40,082 bases of DNA from an uncultured Ruminococcus sp. (GTDB taxonomy: Bacteria > Bacillota > Clostridia > Oscillospirales > Ruminococcaceae), in contig UQXS01000001.1 of NCBI GenBank assembly GCA_900545125.1, positions 1 through 40,082 on the forward strand. The letters run 5' to 3'. The position numbers and the translations under genes were made by a program. Positions 29,265 through 37,886 of the stretch are shown here, one piece after another. Each line of letters starts with the position of its first letter. Position 1 is the first letter of the stretch. The notes below the pieces were generated by a model. The model was given only the letters and a program-made list of their open reading frames with translations. It had not been told where the DNA came from and made no database searches.

Positions 29265-30482
29265 ATGGAAAAGAAAAAAGGCTTCTCACTACTTAAAATG
29301 CTGATTATAGTTATATGCATTTTCTCCATAATTATTTCACTTGCCGTCAATATTGCTTTTTCGGCAGGGAAAACACCAAACATATTCGGAAACTATATAT
29401 ACATTGTCAGTGAAAACTTCAAGGTAACAAAAAATGATCCCTCGAAAGACATAGTCAAGGGCGAAGCGCTTCTTGCCAAAGCCATTTCGGATTCCGATAC
29501 GCTCCTCAAAGATGATATCGTACTCTGCTATCCTGCCGAGTCTCCCGATAAGCTCTGCATCCGCAGCATTCAGGAGATAATAACGGATGCATCCGGTGCT
29601 GAAACATACATCACCGCCGATTCAAGCCGCTACGGAAACGCCGATAACTCTATCACAAGGGACAAGATCAAGGCTGTATGTACCGGTCATCCGAAAAGCA
29701 AGGAACTCGGCGCTTTCATAAGATTTACAAAAAGCATTGCAGGTATAGCTCTGGAACTTCTCCTGCCCTGCGTTATTCTCATGATGTTCCTCATTGCCAG
29801 AATCGTTTCATCCAGAAACAAGGTTGAAGAAGAAGAGGAAAATTACGATTTCTATGAATATGACGATGACGAAGAACAGCCCGAAGTTAAAAAGCCTTCC
29901 CATGCCAAACCTGAAAATCCGCTTTTTGAAAATTTTCAGGAGATCCAGCCAAACGGCGAACTCGAACGCAAAAAAATGTCTATAATGGAGAATTTCAGTC
30001 AGAAAAAGGTCAACCCCGATTCTCCGTATCAGAAAGAAAAAGAGCGTACCATGCAGTTCAAGGCTCAGAGGAGCGCAGAATCAACATTTGCTGCAAGAAA
30101 CGTTGGAAGTGCTTCATCTACAGCGCCTACAGCCGACGCTCTCCGTGAGGAAATGCTCAGAAAAACTGCCGAAGCCGAACGTACCGGCAACTACAACATC
30201 AAAGGTACAGGCGGATCTACAAAATCAGCATCGTCCGCTTCCGATATTACGGGAGTTCTTCCAAAGGCTCAGCTTGCCGAAATGTCCAGAGCTGATGTTC
30301 CAAAGACAACCCCTCTGAGAAGTCAGTCTGCACAGCCTGCTGCTGTTCCAAAAAAGAGCAGTTCCCCCGATATTTCCGATATTATCAAGAGATCTGAAAA
30401 TTCTACACGCAAAAAGTCTGCTGACGATATGTCCGTTGACGATCTGCTTAAACTCATTGAGGACGAAAAGAAGCGTCTCTGA
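29265..30482 (+). CDS. membrane protein: degenerate signal peptidase I (SipW/S26B-like) domain plus long charged low-complexity tail
   Basis: TM-PNIFG..YIVS...GEALLAK...DDIV...YIT..D...LGAFIRF-TM layout, then an acidic and S/A/K-rich tail. Domain call is by recognition. Confidence 0.65.
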   Translation: MEKKKGFSLLKMLIIVICIFSIIISLAVNIAFSAGKTPNIFGNYIYIVSENFKVTKNDPSKDIVKGEALLAKAISDSDTLLKDDIVLCYPAESPDKLCIRSIQEIITDASGAETYITADSSRYGNADNSITRDKIKAVCTGHPKSKELGAFIRFTKSIAGIALELLLPCVILMMFLIARIVSSRNKVEEEEENYDFYEYDDDEEQPEVKKPSHAKPENPLFENFQEIQPNGELERKKMSIMENFSQKKVNPDSPYQKEKERTMQFKAQRSAESTFAARNVGSASSTAPTADALREEMLRKTAEAERTGNYNIKGTGGSTKSASSASDITGVLPKAQLAEMSRADVPKTTPLRSQSAQPAAVPKKSSSPDISDIIKRSENSTRKKSADDMSVDDLLKLIEDEKKRL

Positions 30483-30501
30483 TGCATAATCAAATACAAA
30501 C

Positions 30502-30529
30502 AAAGGGACGGCAGATGTGCCGTCCCTTT
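30502..30529 (+). terminator. terminator hairpin
   Basis: AAAGGGACGGCA-gatg-TGCCGTCCCTTT. Confidence 0.75.
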
Positions 30530-30558
30530 AGTATTGGAATAATATTTTAATATCATGC

Positions 30559-30587
30559 AAAAAAGCCGTACCCCGAAAGGTACGGCT
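30559..30587 (-). terminator. rplL terminator
   Basis: Minus strand AGCCGTACC-tttcgg-GGTACGGCT followed by a U-tract. Confidence 0.85.
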
Positions 30588-30605
30588 GATTTTTCGCAAA
30601 AACGA

Positions 30606-30977
30606 TTACTTGATCTCGATTGAAGCACCGGCAGCCTCGAACTTCTCCTTGATCTCGTTAGCTTCTGACTCTGAGATGCCTTCCTTGATCGTCTTAGGAG
30701 CAGACTCAACTACTTCCTTAGCTTCCTTAAGGCCAAGACCGAGGATCTCCTTAGCAGCCTTGATAACAGCCATCTTAGCATCACCAAAGGATGTAAGAAC
30801 AACGTCGAATTCTGTCTTAGCAGCCTCAGCAGCACCAGCGCCGCCAGCAGCAGGAGCAGCAGCAACCATTGCTGTTACGCCGAATTCCTCCTGGATTGCG
30901 TCAACGAGCTCTGCAAGCTCAAGAACGGAAAGAGTCTTGATATCTTCAACAAATTTTGTAATTTTCTCTGAAGCCAT
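30606..30977 (-). CDS. rplL: 50S ribosomal protein L7/L12
   Basis: [23 protein letters not shown] and GLGLKEAKE. Confidence 0.98.
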   Translation of the reverse strand: MASEKITKFVEDIKTLSVLELAELVDAIQEEFGVTAMVAAAPAAGGAGAAEAAKTEFDVVLTSFGDAKMAVIKAAKEILGLGLKEAKEVVESAPKTIKEGISESEANEIKEKFEAAGASIEIK

Positions 30978-31055
30978 GATTAATAATCTCCTTTATAATA
31001 ATTTTCTGCCTGTAACAGGCGGTAATTTCAAGCTGCGAATTCAAAATGAATAAAA

Positions 31056-31571
31056 TCAGGCAGCTTCTTCTTCTGATTTCTTGTCTGCAAGAGCCTTGAG
31101 AGTAGCAGCAAGCTTCTGGATGGGTCCCTGAAGAGAACCAACGAGCTGAGCGAGAAGAACATCCTTTGAAGGAATCTTGGAAAGAGCAACGACTCCAGCC
31201 TGATCGTAAATTTCACCCTCAACATAACCTGCTTTAAGATTAAACTTGTCATCTCCAGCCTTTTCAGCAAACTTTCCGAGGATTCTTGCAGGGGCAGTCT
31301 GATCTTCGTTTGAAAGAGCGATAGCGGTTGTGCCGTTAAGAGACTCCTCAAATCCGTTGATGCCGCAGTTCTGGAAAGCACGGAGAAGAAGTGTATTCTT
31401 CTCTACGAAGTAATTAACTCCAGCCTCACGAAGCTCTTTTCTGAGCTTTGTATCTTCCTCAACAGTAATTCCCTTATAGTCAACGAGAACGCCTGAAACA
31501 GAAGCCTTGATGAGGTCTGTAAGCTGTTCAACCTTAGCTTTCTTAGCTTCGAGTACAGCATTGCTTGGCAT
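31056..31571 (-). CDS. rplJ: 50S ribosomal protein L10
   Basis: LVDYKGITV, LRKELRE, VEKNTL and IPSKDVLLAQL. Start ATG 31571 after GGAGG. Confidence 0.97.
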   Translation of the reverse strand: MPSNAVLEAKKAKVEQLTDLIKASVSGVLVDYKGITVEEDTKLRKELREAGVNYFVEKNTLLLRAFQNCGINGFEESLNGTTAIALSNEDQTAPARILGKFAEKAGDDKFNLKAGYVEGEIYDQAGVVALSKIPSKDVLLAQLVGSLQGPIQKLAATLKALADKKSEEEAA

Positions 31572-31611
31572 TGTGTATTCACCTCCGAATGAAATATGAT
31601 CGTATCCGAAA

Positions 31612-31728
31612 GCAAAAAAATCCTTTACCGACAGCTCGGAAAAGGACAGAATAATTCTCATGAATTAATTGCTATTCCTCGGCGGGACTTACAGGTCATA
31701 CGGCCATGCCGGCTGTCTTTAGAATACG
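31612..31728 (-). promoter_or_regulatory. L10 leader (ribosomal protein autoregulatory RNA) with attenuator
   Basis: Minus strand AAGACAGCCGG...TAA..CCCGCCGAGG, then hairpin TCCTTTTCCGA-gctg-TCGGTAAAGGA plus T7 before rplJ. Confidence 0.85.
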
Positions 31729-31757
31729 ATATGTACTGTGCATCACACAGCTTTTAC

Positions 31758-31786
31758 ATTATATCATACTTTTTCTGCCCTGTCAA
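31758..31786 (-). promoter_or_regulatory. sigma-A promoter for rplJL
   Basis: TTGACA-17nt-TATAAT with TGn extension. Confidence 0.85.
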
Positions 31787-31806
31787 GCCTTTTTTTGGAT
31801 TTTTTC

Positions 31807-31839
31807 AAAAAAATCCCCTGCCGTACAGACAGGGGAGAT
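31807..31839 (-). terminator. terminator of the YfhO gene
   Basis: Minus strand TCCCCTGTC-tgtac-GGCAGGGGA followed by T7. Confidence 0.8.
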
Positions 31840-31845
31840 TGTTAT

Positions 31846-34800
31846 TTACTTTTTCTTTTTCTTATTCTTTCCGGATCTTTGATTGTTTCCGGTATTTTTC
31901 TTTTCTTTTTCGGCAGACGCCTTGCCTTTCTGTTCTTCCGGCACTTCCGGGGATTCCTTGTCAGATTCAGTGTCAAGCTTTTCTGCGTAGGCCTTGCCTT
32001 TTTCAAGGAGTTCCTCATTCTTGCTGCGGATCTTTTCCTCTTCCGATTCTGTCTTTTCGGCTTTCTTTTTTGCCGAATCGGAGAGCTTTGAATCAACAGC
32101 ACCCTTGGATTTGATTATCTGAACCTTTTTCTTTTCGGTCTTTTCTTCCTCTGCGGGAATTTCTTCTCCGGCAGGAAGTCCCAACTTCTTTCTTTCCTTA
32201 GCCTTTGCCCTGAGTTCACGCTTTGCTATGAAAACATGGTTATTCTTTCTGTCATAGATATAGAATACTACCAGAGCGGCAATACCGAGAATAAACGTCA
32301 CAACGCCGATATTGAATCCGGGCGGAGTATACTTCATTGAAACGGTATGCTCGCCGGCAGGAAGCTTTATGCCGATAAGTGAATCAAGAACAACGACCTG
32401 TCCCACAGACTCATCCTTATTGAAAAGTTCTTTAACACCCTTGTCGTTTTCCTGTTCGTAAACAAGATTATCAACCTTTTTACCGTCAATCTCAACGGTC
32501 CAGCCCGGCTCATACGGAATGGATGTCATAAGGATCTGTCCCTCTTTGGCTGTTACCTTTCCTTCAAGATAACGGTCATTGGACTTGTCCATGTCGATAA
32601 CCCACGGATTCTCCTGAAGAACGGCGATATCTTTGCTGAACTTCTCCAGATTGAACGTATAAAGAGTAAATCCGCCGTTCACCTTAAACATTACATATTC
32701 GTCCTTGCCGGTAAATGAAGACATTCCGTCCTGCTCCAGAATACGAAGTCTTACTTCCACCTTTTCTCCCTTTGTGAACGGACCTATACGCACAAGAGGA
32801 GTTCCGTTATCAGCAAAATACTGTGAGTATTCCTTATGATTTGTGAAATTGCCGTTTTCGTCAACAGTGTTGGAGATCCAGAGATTGCACTTTCTTCTGA
32901 AAACAGAATCCATTCGCAGATATACATCGCCGTCGCTCTGAGCCGTAAAATGAATATTTACAACAGGATCAACAGCTCCTGCCATAGCGTCAAAGCAGAA
33001 ATGCGGAATGATTTCACCGTTTTCATCTTCATAATTATATATTCTTGCACTGATCTGTCCGTTGTTTGCCCCGTCACCTTCTTTACGTGGATCAAGTTCA
33101 AGCTCAAAGCTGTCTGAAAGATCCATCAGCTCGTAGTATTCCTCCGGATTCGGAATAACCGATCCGTCCTGCATCTGAACGAACTGCGTCTTGCCCACAA
33201 GTGCGCTCAGGAAATTATTAAGACTGTTGAACGTATTATCGTTGCCGAGATGACCAAGTCTGAGAACATCATCATCAGCCATAAATCCTACAGAAAGAGC
33301 GTAGGGATTTTCATATACGTCAATATTATATGTTTCGTCGTAATTCTTGACTGAAGTTGTTGAGTATCGCTTTATATAGTTTGAATCCACGCTTGTACTG
33401 TCATCAGGGCGATCAAGAACATACTTGATTCCAAGCAGAGAGTCAGCCATTGTACTGCTGCCTTTATACTGTGATTCAAAACTCTGCGTAGTATAACCCA
33501 TAGCCTCCAGCATTTTGAGAATTCTTGAATTCATGACAGAACTTGAATGCGATATGCCTCTAAGTCCGTAAGCAAGATTATCGTTTACCATACGGTCGTA
33601 TGTTTTTTCAGCACGGTAAAAACTGCTGTCGTATTCTTCCAGCTGTTCCACAAGCTTCGGAGCTTCCAGTATCTCGGTGTAGGTGCTCTTATCGGAATTG
33701 CCTACTTCAAGGAAGATCTTGCGGAATGAATCGTAACAGTTATATCCTGTTTCAAAAAGAACCACAACAGCAACGCCCAATGTCAGAAGATTTTTACCTT
33801 TTCTGCTCTTTATGCGGCTATATCCAAAAACAAAGAGAACATATACTGCCACCAGCAACAATCCGAATACTATCGTTCCAAGGAAAAGCTCGTCCCATGT
33901 TCCGTGCGGATCATGCTTCATGGTATACTTTCCGGGCAGTTCCTGCATATAGTCATAGCCACGGTATTGTTCATTGAGTATCTTTTCACCGGTAGTCGTA
34001 TTTACTTCACCAGTATACTTTTCGGCATATTTTATGCTGCCTCTTACCGCCTCAAATATAAGCACAAGAACAGTAATTATTCCAAAAGTTCCGGCTGTCT
34101 CCGCCTTTGAAAGCTGATATCCGTCCAGATGCGCAAAAACTTCCGCAGCCATTGCCACAAGCAGGAATGAGATCAGGAAAGAATATCTGTAAGGCAGCCA
34201 GTTAGGATCCTGTCCGCCGTGCCACATCATATTAAGCGGCTTGATGTACATACACATACACATGATAAAGAGAAAAATTCCGTTGCCTATCTTTTTGTTT
34301 CTCTTTATTTTCTTATTCATGAAGTAAAGCGGCAGAAGTACAAATGTAAGAACACCGCAGTAGATTTCAGGACGTCCATAGTAGAGCGTACCCTCGTCAA
34401 CATTTACGGAATAATACTGATTAGGCAGCAGACTTGGTACAAGTTCAAAGGGATTGAACATAGTCTTGAAGCTGTAATCCGGTTCGGAAAAATCGAACTT
34501 ACCGAGAGCCAGAGCATTGTATACAGGCAGTATCATAAAGGCGCTCAGCATAAGCACCACCAGCGTTGCAAGAGCCATAACGCCGAATGTACGGACGTAC
34601 TCGCTGGTATTTTTGAACTTTCTGTCCGTTCCGAAGAACATATAATATCCGAAATACAGGGCAACGAAAATTGCAACCATGAACCCGATATAGAAGTTTG
34701 CCACAAACATGAGGGCAAGAGGGATGATGTAGTTTATCTTGCGTCCGTCATCCACCAGATACTCCACACCCAGAATTATGAGCGGCAGGAAGATCGGGCC

Positions 34801-35400
34801 GTCTATCCACATGGGGTCGATAAGCTGTATCACAACGTAGCTCATCATTGCATACATCGTGGAAAATACCACCGACTGGAGCGGTGCAAGCTTCTTTGAA
34901 CGCTGTGCATATACGCAGAATGCAGCTCCTGCCGCACCCACCTTGCACATCTGCATTATCATTACGCTTTCGATTATCATTTTTCTGGGCAGCAGCATTA
35001 CTATCAGCGTAAACGGACTGGCAAGATAGTAACCGATAATTCCCATAAATCCGCCGGAGAGATTTCTGCTCCAGCTGTAGAACGGACTGCCGTCTCCCCA
35101 GAATGCATCACGGAGTGATTCAAAGTAATAGATATACTGACCGTTGAGGTCGAGAGTCAGCACCGAACGTTCTCCGAAAGGATAGACATCAAAGAATATA
35201 TAAGATATCAGCGTCAGCAGAAACGGAATGATAAACGACGGAATGCAGAACCAAAGGTTTGATTTCTGTCCCCTTGCCTCGGCTATCACATCGGCTGCCG
35301 TGCGGGCAGGCTTGCCGCCATAGGTGACGTTTCTGCGGGCAATTGAATTTGCTCCCGGTTTTTTCGTATTGGATTTTCGGGAGGCTTTTGAATTAGCCAT
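31846..35400 (-). CDS. YfhO-family polytopic membrane protein (putative GT-C glycosyltransferase)
   Basis: PFG..SVL..DL..QY, YYLASPF, PYRYSF, LLGIKY, YENPYAL, SIPYEPGW and G.H.V...Y.PPG; Lys-rich termini. Confidence 0.9.
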   Translation of the reverse strand: MANSKASRKSNTKKPGANSIARRNVTYGGKPARTAADVIAEARGQKSNLWFCIPSFIIPFLLTLISYIFFDVYPFGERSVLTLDLNGQYIYYFESLRDAFWGDGSPFYSWSRNLSGGFMGIIGYYLASPFTLIVMLLPRKMIIESVMIMQMCKVGAAGAAFCVYAQRSKKLAPLQSVVFSTMYAMMSYVVIQLIDPMWIDGPIFLPLIILGVEYLVDDGRKINYIIPLALMFVANFYIGFMVAIFVALYFGYYMFFGTDRKFKNTSEYVRTFGVMALATLVVLMLSAFMILPVYNALALGKFDFSEPDYSFKTMFNPFELVPSLLPNQYYSVNVDEGTLYYGRPEIYCGVLTFVLLPLYFMNKKIKRNKKIGNGIFLFIMCMCMYIKPLNMMWHGGQDPNWLPYRYSFLISFLLVAMAAEVFAHLDGYQLSKAETAGTFGIITVLVLIFEAVRGSIKYAEKYTGEVNTTTGEKILNEQYRGYDYMQELPGKYTMKHDPHGTWDELFLGTIVFGLLLVAVYVLFVFGYSRIKSRKGKNLLTLGVAVVVLFETGYNCYDSFRKIFLEVGNSDKSTYTEILEAPKLVEQLEEYDSSFYRAEKTYDRMVNDNLAYGLRGISHSSSVMNSRILKMLEAMGYTTQSFESQYKGSSTMADSLLGIKYVLDRPDDSTSVDSNYIKRYSTTSVKNYDETYNIDVYENPYALSVGFMADDDVLRLGHLGNDNTFNSLNNFLSALVGKTQFVQMQDGSVIPNPEEYYELMDLSDSFELELDPRKEGDGANNGQISARIYNYEDENGEIIPHFCFDAMAGAVDPVVNIHFTAQSDGDVYLRMDSVFRRKCNLWISNTVDENGNFTNHKEYSQYFADNGTPLVRIGPFTKGEKVEVRLRILEQDGMSSFTGKDEYVMFKVNGGFTLYTFNLEKFSKDIAVLQENPWVIDMDKSNDRYLEGKVTAKEGQILMTSIPYEPGWTVEIDGKKVDNLVYEQENDKGVKELFNKDESVGQVVVLDSLIGIKLPAGEHTVSMKYTPPGFNIGVVTFILGIAALVVFYIYDRKNNHVFIAKRELRAKAKERKKLGLPAGEEIPAEEEKTEKKKVQIIKSKGAVDSKLSDSAKKKAEKTESEEEKIRSKNEELLEKGKAYAEKLDTESDKESPEVPEEQKGKASAEKEKKNTGNNQRSGKNKKKKK

Positions 35401-35463
35401 TTTGTTCCTCCTTTTTATTACGGGAAATTATATAAGGCATACTCCCCGATTTTATTCTATTTT

Positions 35464-35492
35464 ATTATACTATAATTTCCCGACTTTTGCAA
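35464..35492 (-). promoter_or_regulatory. sigma-A promoter candidate
   Basis: TTGCAA-17nt-TATAAT. Confidence 0.6.
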
Positions 35493-35636
35493 GAGTTTAT
35501 TGCAAGTTTTCTTTTGATATATATGCACAATTTAGTTCTGCTGTTTTTGTGACTTTAACCAAAACGCAAAAGAATCTCGTCTTTTTACCTTATGAGAATC
35601 ACTTATTTGTAAATAACATAAGAGGAATGATGTTTT

Positions 35637-37868
35637 ATGAAAAAAATAATATCAATTGCAGCTGCGGCAGCTCTCTGTCTCGGAACAGTCTCCTGCGGAA
35701 ATAAAAAAGGCTCATCCCTTGACAATGCACCAGGAAACAATGCGGTAACGCTTGCCGCCTATAATGAAGCAAAAATCGAAATGGCAGATGATTTTTCCTC
35801 CGTTGTCTCGATTGGCAGCGATATGAAATCCGGCGATATATTAATTTTCGGGCAGCTGAAAAATGAAAAATGGGCAGGATACATCACAACAAAAGAATTT
35901 TCAGATCATGCTGATTTTGAATTTACTCCGGCGGAAAACGAGACTGTAATCAGCGCTGCAATGCTTGGTTTCGGAAAAAAGGGGATCCTGACCTGTAAAG
36001 AGGATCACACATTTGTTCATATTATCGGCAGTGACGGAACGGAAGAGAAAACTATTGACTGCGGTGAACTTCTGAAAGCCGACGAAAACGGTCTCATCGT
36101 CGGTAAATTATTTGGAAACGGAGACGGTTTTGTCATCAGCGATTATTTCAATACGATAAATTCATTTGACAAGGATGGAAATAGTTTCGGGGAGGTCAGC
36201 ACGCAAGGAATGAATGTTCTTGGACTGACAGGCAATTCCGACGGCGGCACATCCGTGCTTTTACAAGATTCCGGAAAATCCGGATGTATGGCTGATATCG
36301 ACGGAACGGAACTTGTAAACAAAAGAAACTACAACGCCCCTTTCTCATCTGCTTTTGCTATATGTCCGGGAACAGACGGGAACAGCTTTGCGGCAATATT
36401 TATGGACGGTCTGTATACGTTCAACGACAGCAAATGGACTAAGCTGTCCGATCTGATGGGACTGGAGTGCAAAGCATATCAGATCACCGGAATAGTTATG
36501 ACCGGAGAACGTGAGTTTGCCGCCGTATATAACGGAACGTCCATGAATCTGCTGTCAGAAAAGGATATTACGGAGCTTAAATCCAAAAAGGCTGTTTCTC
36601 TTGCCGTATACGGCGGCAGAGCCGATTTGTACATCGACCTTGTAAATAAATATAATCAGTCCCACCCCGACAGTGAATACCGCATAGAGCTAAAACAATA
36701 TGTTGAGGATGAAAATACTACGTATCAGGAACTTATGGACAATCTGAAAATGGAGATAGTTACCGGAAAAGCACCGGATATCATAGTAGATATGATCGAC
36801 GGCATAGATCCATCCGCCTTTTATGTTGATCTCGGGGAATATCTCAGGAATGATCCGGAGCTTAACGCCGACGATTTTATTCCCGGATACCTTGAATCCG
36901 TATCTATTGACGGAAAAATACCGATGATCTACCCTTTTTTCACCGTTCACACTCTTATTGGAAAGACACGGCTTGTGGGCGATAAGGAAAACTGGAACTA
37001 TGACGAATTCATGACAAAGCTGGACTCTATGCCGGAAGATATTGAGCTTATTTACGGTTCAGACAATTATTATAAAATGGTCGATTTATTCATGAGAATC
37101 GTAAATATCGACGAATATGCCGATTACGGCAGCGGAACGTGTGCTTTTGATTCTCCGGATTATATCAGCATGATGAAATTTGTCAAGGAAAAACATATCG
37201 GAATGACTCAGGAAGAATATGATAAGAAGTTCGGGGGCGAAGGTTTCTTCTGGGATCACATCGGGCTTTTTTACCGTAACGACAAAACACTCCTCGGTCC
37301 GGAATACGGCTTTTCCGCTCCGCAGGATATGGTTGAGGCTATGCATGGTCAGTTCGGTGAAGATGTCACTTTTGTGGGGTATCCCAGTCACAACGGTCAG
37401 GGAGGATATATATCGTCTCCGAGTATGCGGTTCGCTATTATGAAAACATCGGAATATCCCGATATTGCGTGGGATTTTATCAAATCGGCATTTACTGATG
37501 AAGAATATGAAAAATACTACGGATTTCCGGTTTTAGAGGATAAGTTTATTGAAAGCTTCAATAAAACGCTTGAAGTAACTCATTATGATGAAAGCAGCAG
37601 GACAGAGCTTCCGCAGGGAGCGTTCTACTACGACGATCAGGATTCGCAGAATTATATACTGTATGATGCATTCACACAGGAGGAAGCAGAACGCTGTATG
37701 GAGTACGTAAGAAGCTGCGTAAAGTGCAGCCGGCGGTATGACGGCGATCTGGAAAATATAATCACCGAAGAGCTTGAAGAATATTTTAACAGCGATAAAT
37801 CAGCCGAAGAAACAGCGGAAATGATTCAGAACAGAGCATCAATCTATCTCAGTGAAACATATGGATAA
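35637..37868 (+). CDS. large extracellular solute-binding lipoprotein (beta-rich N-terminus plus SBP-like C-terminus)
   Basis: Lipobox-like TVSC; GKAPDII, FVGYPS, AWDFIK and AEMIQNRASIYLSE. Confidence 0.85.
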   Translation: MKKIISIAAAAALCLGTVSCGNKKGSSLDNAPGNNAVTLAAYNEAKIEMADDFSSVVSIGSDMKSGDILIFGQLKNEKWAGYITTKEFSDHADFEFTPAENETVISAAMLGFGKKGILTCKEDHTFVHIIGSDGTEEKTIDCGELLKADENGLIVGKLFGNGDGFVISDYFNTINSFDKDGNSFGEVSTQGMNVLGLTGNSDGGTSVLLQDSGKSGCMADIDGTELVNKRNYNAPFSSAFAICPGTDGNSFAAIFMDGLYTFNDSKWTKLSDLMGLECKAYQITGIVMTGEREFAAVYNGTSMNLLSEKDITELKSKKAVSLAVYGGRADLYIDLVNKYNQSHPDSEYRIELKQYVEDENTTYQELMDNLKMEIVTGKAPDIIVDMIDGIDPSAFYVDLGEYLRNDPELNADDFIPGYLESVSIDGKIPMIYPFFTVHTLIGKTRLVGDKENWNYDEFMTKLDSMPEDIELIYGSDNYYKMVDLFMRIVNIDEYADYGSGTCAFDSPDYISMMKFVKEKHIGMTQEEYDKKFGGEGFFWDHIGLFYRNDKTLLGPEYGFSAPQDMVEAMHGQFGEDVTFVGYPSHNGQGGYISSPSMRFAIMKTSEYPDIAWDFIKSAFTDEEYEKYYGFPVLEDKFIESFNKTLEVTHYDESSRTELPQGAFYYDDQDSQNYILYDAFTQEEAERCMEYVRSCVKCSRRYDGDLENIITEELEEYFNSDKSAEETAEMIQNRASIYLSETYG

Positions 37869-37886
37869 TAATTGAAAGGAACTCTT

